NCBI GenBank assembly: GCA_038087875.1
Contig: JAXLNO010000149.1
Coordinates: 1-64,000 of the forward strand
Reading direction: 5' to 3'
DNA length: 64,000 nucleotides
Source of the DNA: Malacoraja senta
Lineage: Eukaryota
Shown here: piece after piece, positions 61,621 to 64,000 of the stretch
Layout: every line of letters begins with the position of its first letter
How positions within the stretch are numbered: the stretch's first letter is position 1
The notes under the pieces: model-generated
Told to the model about the DNA's origin: nothing
The model's input: only the letters and a program-made list of their open reading frames with translations
Database searches by the model: none
Program-made: the position numbers and the translations under genes

Positions 61621-64000
61621 TATGTGAGGCCCAGGGACCGTTGCAGGAGGACGAGCGGTGTCCGGGTGGTGAGAACATAAACGGCGCGGGGCTTTACTTT
61701 CCAGAGGCCCAGGGACCGTTGAACCAAAAACTGCAACGTTCCATTCAAGTTTCCTATAAGTGAGGAAGCAGCTGATTGGTGGAAGAGGACTAAGAGGAAG
61801 CAGCTGATTGGTGGAAGAGGACTAAGCGGAAGCAGCTGATTGGGAGTCAGATCCCTGCTGATTTCCTCCACCAGTTTGTATTGTATCCAGGGTAAGGGGG
61901 GAGTATGAGGGCCAGGGCAGTTTACTGTTCTGGATGTCAGATGTGGGAGGTCATGGAGTCTGATACCCCTCCAGACGTCCACATCTGTGCCAGGTGTGTC
62001 GAGATGGGGTTCCTAAGGGACCGTGTTAGGAACCTGGAGCAGCAGCTCGATGACCTATGTCTGATCAGGGAGAGTGAGGAGGTCATAGAAAGGAGTTATA
62101 GGGAGGTGGTCACTCCAAGATCAAGGGAGGCGGACAAGTGCGTCACGGTTAGGAAGGGCAAGGGGCAGAGGCAGGGACTAGTGAGTACCCCGGTGGCTGT
62201 AAACCTTGGCAATAAGTACTCCTGTTTGAGTACTGTTGGGGGGGACAGCCTTCCTGGGGGTAGCGACAGCGGCCGGGCCTCCGGCACAGAGACCGGCCCT
62301 ATTGCTCAGAAGGGTAGGGAAAAGAAGAGGAGGGCAATAGTAATAGGGGACTCTATGGTTAGGGGGTCGGATAGGCGATTCTGTGGAAGCAGTCAGGAGA
62401 CCCGGATGGTAGTTTGCCTCCCTGGTGCCAGGGTCAGGGATGTGTCTGAACGCGTCCAAGATATCCTGAAATCGGAGGGAGAGGAGCCTGAGGTTGTGGT
62501 ACATATAGGTACCAATGACATAGGCAGAAAAAGAGAAGAGGTCCTGAAAGGAGAATTTAGGGAGTTGGGTGGAGAGTTAAGGAGAAGGACCGCAAAGGTA
62601 ACAATCTCAGGATTACTACCTGTGCCACGCGACAGTGAGAGTAGGAATGGAATGAGGTGGAGGATAAATGCGTGACTGAGGAACTGGTGCAGCGGGCAGG
62701 GATTCAAATTTCTGAATCATTGGGACCTCTTTTGGGGAAGGTGTGACCGGTACAGAAAGGACGGGTTGCACTTGAACCCGAGGGGGACCAATATCCTGGC
62801 GGGGAGATTTGCAAAGGCTACTGGGGAGACTTTAAACTAGAACGGTTGGGGGGAGGGACTCAAATAGAGAAAGCTAGTAGAAAATGTGGGAGGCAGGAGG
62901 CAGAGAAGGGAAGCACTCAGACCCAAAATGTAGGGGAGAAAGAAGAAAAAGATAATAAACGGAGAATAAGTGGTGGTGGGTTTCTTAAATGTGTATATTT
63001 TAATGCTAGGAGCATTGTAAGAAAGGTGGATGAGCTTAGACCCTGGATTGACACCTGGAAGTATGATGTTGTGGCGATCAGTGAAACATGGTTGCAGGAG
63101 GGCTGTGATTGGAAACTAAATATTCCAGGATTTCGTTGCTTCAGGGGAGATAGAATTGGAGGGGCAAGAGGTGGGGGTGTTGCATTGCTTGTCAAGGAAG
63201 ATATTACAGCAATGCTTTGGCAGGATAGATTAGAGGGCTCGTCTAGGAAGGCTATTTGGGTGGAACTGAGAAATGGGAAAGGTGTAGCAACACTTATGTG
63301 TATAATAGACCGCCAAATGGGGAGCGAGAATTGGAAGAGCAAATATGTAAGTAGATAGCAGATATTAGTAGTAAGCACAAGGTAGTGATTGTGGGATATT
63401 TCATTTTTCCACACATAGACTGGGAAACACATTCTGTAAAAGGGCTGGATGGTTTGGAGTTTGTAAAATGTATGCAGGATAGTTTTTTGCAGCAATACAT
63501 AGAGGTACCTACTAGAGAAGGGGCAGTGCTGGACCTCCTGTTAGGAAACGAGACAGGGCAGGTGGCGGAGGTATGTGTCAGGGAGCACCGGGTCCAGTGA
63601 TCACAATACCATTAGTTTCAATATAATTATGGAGAGGGTCAGACCTGGACCTAGGGTTGAGATTTTTGATCGGAGAAAGGCTAACTTTGAGGAGAAGCGA
63701 AAGGATTTAAAAGGAGTGAATTGGGACATGTTGTTTTATGGGATGGATGTAGAAGAGAAATGGAGGACATTTAAAGGTGACATTTTAAGAGTACAGAATC
63801 TTTATGTCCCTGTTCGGTTGAAAGGAAATAGTAAAAATTGGAAAGAGCCATGGTTTTCAAGGGAAATTGGACACTTGGTTTGGAAAAAGAGAGAGATCTA
63901 CAATAATTACAGGCAGCATGGAGTAAATGAGGTGCTTGAGGAGTATAAAGAATGTAAAAAGAATATTAAGAAAGAATTTAGAAAAGCTAAAAGAAGATAT
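61621..64000 (+). mobile_element. CR1 LINE 5' end: 5' UTR, ORF1 (Zn finger/zipper + SGNH esterase) and start of ORF2
   Basis: ORF1 from 61905 has CSGC..CARC, IGDSMVR, VHIGTND and DGLHLN, with a premature TGA at 62673 (TGG in the paralogue at about 10806). The ORF2 APE domain follows. Confidence 0.93.

Overview
This is repeat-rich vertebrate genomic DNA, most likely from a cartilaginous fish such as a skate or ray. That assignment is an inference from the HE1/V-SINE-like, CR1 and Penelope repeats and the TRIM gene type. Most of the window is transposon debris (CR1, L1, L2, Rex1, Tx1, Penelope, Helitron, hAT, SINEs), (CA)n-type microsatellites and local segmental duplications. The host content is a small immune-type B30.2 cluster. 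(1) A + strand butyrophilin-like gene can be spliced by hand from 20253 to 32731: IgC exon, TM exon, three micro-exons of 21, 27 and 27/33 nt, and a B30.2 exon, with all introns phase-1 GT-AG. No leader or IgV exon is visible, and the PRY region carries an apparent compensated frameshift. (2) A convergent - strand six-exon RING/B-box/coiled-coil/B30.2 TRIM gene spans 55668 to 38472 and has two frameshifts. (3) A second TRIM paralogue contributes a frameshifted B30.2 exon (60962 to 60418), and a further copy of TRIM intron 5 lies at 7.1-10.7 kb. Penelope-derived repeats carrying minimal hammerhead-ribozyme cores are scattered through the window, some as foldback insertions with target-site duplications (TSDs). 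All homology calls are by motif recognition; no searches were run.
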